The notes beneath the pieces are model-generated. The model made no database searches. It was given only the letters and a program-made list of their open reading frames with translations, and was not told the DNA's origin. The translations under genes and the position numbers were made by a program. This document shows, one piece after another, positions 62,497 through 64,000 of a stretch of 64,000 nt of DNA. Positions within the stretch are counted from its first letter, which is position 1, and each line of letters opens with the position of its first letter. This DNA comes from the human T2T-CHM13v2.0 reference genome, Homo sapiens: NCBI RefSeq assembly GCF_009914755.1, contig NC_060931.1; one strand, 5' to 3'.

Positions 62497-64000
62497 ACAG
62501 GCAACCAGTATTCATGTGGCTTATGTTATCTAGGAAACTAATAAAACTCTGTTATTTCCACTGTATAAATTCTCTATGAAGCCTTTCTGCTTCCTCTCAA
62601 TGACTATTTTTAAAATGAAAAGATATTAAGGAAAAAAATGCTGCTTGTTTATCATAGAGATTTTAATAACAAGTTAAGGCAAAATTCATGAAACTGTAAT
62701 AGCCAAATCAGGATAAAAATGAACATTACCAACTCAGCACTTATCAATTATAAATGAACTTTTAAATTCTTCCTCAGGGTTTTTAGAGGGCACCAGGTTC
62801 CCCTGGGAATCATGCCCTCTCTTCTTCTGCTCTTCCAATTTTATAAGCTAATGAAATTAGCTTTCCATAACTTTCTTCTCACTGTAAATTTCAGAAACTA
62901 TTGATTCCAGATGTTGTCTACAATAATTGAAATCTGGGTTGTCTTTGTTTGCCAAAAGCTACATTATTTAAAAGAAACTTGAAAAAAATACTCCCTACAT
63001 CCCCCTCCCCCACCCCACCCATTTTTTCATGGAAATCAAAATCCCTATGCTTAGCTAGGGTTAAAATCTTTAGAAATATTTCTCCTTTCCCCTCTACTAT
63101 GAAACTTGCCAAACAAATGAGATAAATTTTCCAAAATATCTTCAAAAACAAACAATAGGTCTGGTGTTAGGGCCAAAAGCAGTCACTGATTTCACAATAG
63201 GTTAATTAGGAACAATCCATCTATTGCAGTTCTTTGGTTCAAATGATAATTTTGCATTTGTTTTTATTTTTCTGACCATCAACAGAGGTGACTTGGTCTG
63301 TCCATGAACTAAATCTGACAATGTGCATGCCCTTGGTGCTCATATACAAAGTGGGTACCCATAACATTGCGATCCAGCTAATGCAAAGTGAAATAACAAG
63401 TGCCCAAAGATAATAAGATTCAAAAGAAAAATGTTAAACAATTCAAAGTATTTCATTTTTTGGAAGACAATTTAAAAAGTTCCAAAAATATATTCAACGT
63501 TCAAAAATTAAATTGAGGATGAGACATATTGTTCCTTAGGTGTGCAAGAATTTACAGATAATTCCCATTAACAAAAAGAAGAATCAAGAGCTCAAATGAC
63601 TAAGCATGGCTAGAATAAGGTGTACCTGCATGAAAGTACATATAAGATATGACTTTTTCTCCTTTTATTAATGACTGTAATTAAAAACTATCTTATTTTA
63701 TAGCCTCTGCTAACAGTCATTTGTTATTACTAACAAATAGTTATAACTATATTGACAATTTACTAATAGTTTCACTATTAATAATACGTGTTAATGTGAA
63801 TATAGTTTTAATGAATTCTGGAAGTTAAAAAGCAATCTATATAAATGAATAATTCAGCTATTTCTCAATCTAAGTAAATGGATCAAAACACTGACCATAG
63901 GCCATCAAGACCCCAAAGTTATATGCTTAAAAATTCTGAGTTTATCAGCTTCTGGTAAAATGGAAACATAAATAAATAAATTTCCCTGCTGTCTTTCCTA

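Overview
Human genomic DNA. The minus strand carries coding exons 2-8 of DOCK4 (SH3 domain and N-terminal helical region). All seven exons have GT-AG boundaries and splice into one open frame. The window starts in intron 8 and ends in intron 1. The main feature is a full-length L1HS (Ta-0 diagnostics) at 7520-13550, inserted antisense to DOCK4 in intron 8. It has an intact 1275-aa ORF2, an intact antisense ORF0, and an ORF1 broken by a frameshift and a stop. Its 16-bp target-site duplication closes only at 14031, so about 450 bp of 3'-transduced DNA, possibly from serial transductions, came with it. One ORF0 splice donor has the same phase as the DOCK4 exon 8 donor, which predicts an in-frame, SH3-less ORF0-DOCK4 fusion (inference). 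Also present: a TSD-flanked RPL7A processed pseudogene, a 110-bp miniature LTR7, a MER41 LTR with a GAS motif, many Alu/MIR/L2/MER elements, local duplications and quasi-palindromes. Subfamily calls and consensus comparisons are from memory, and boundaries of old repeats are approximate.
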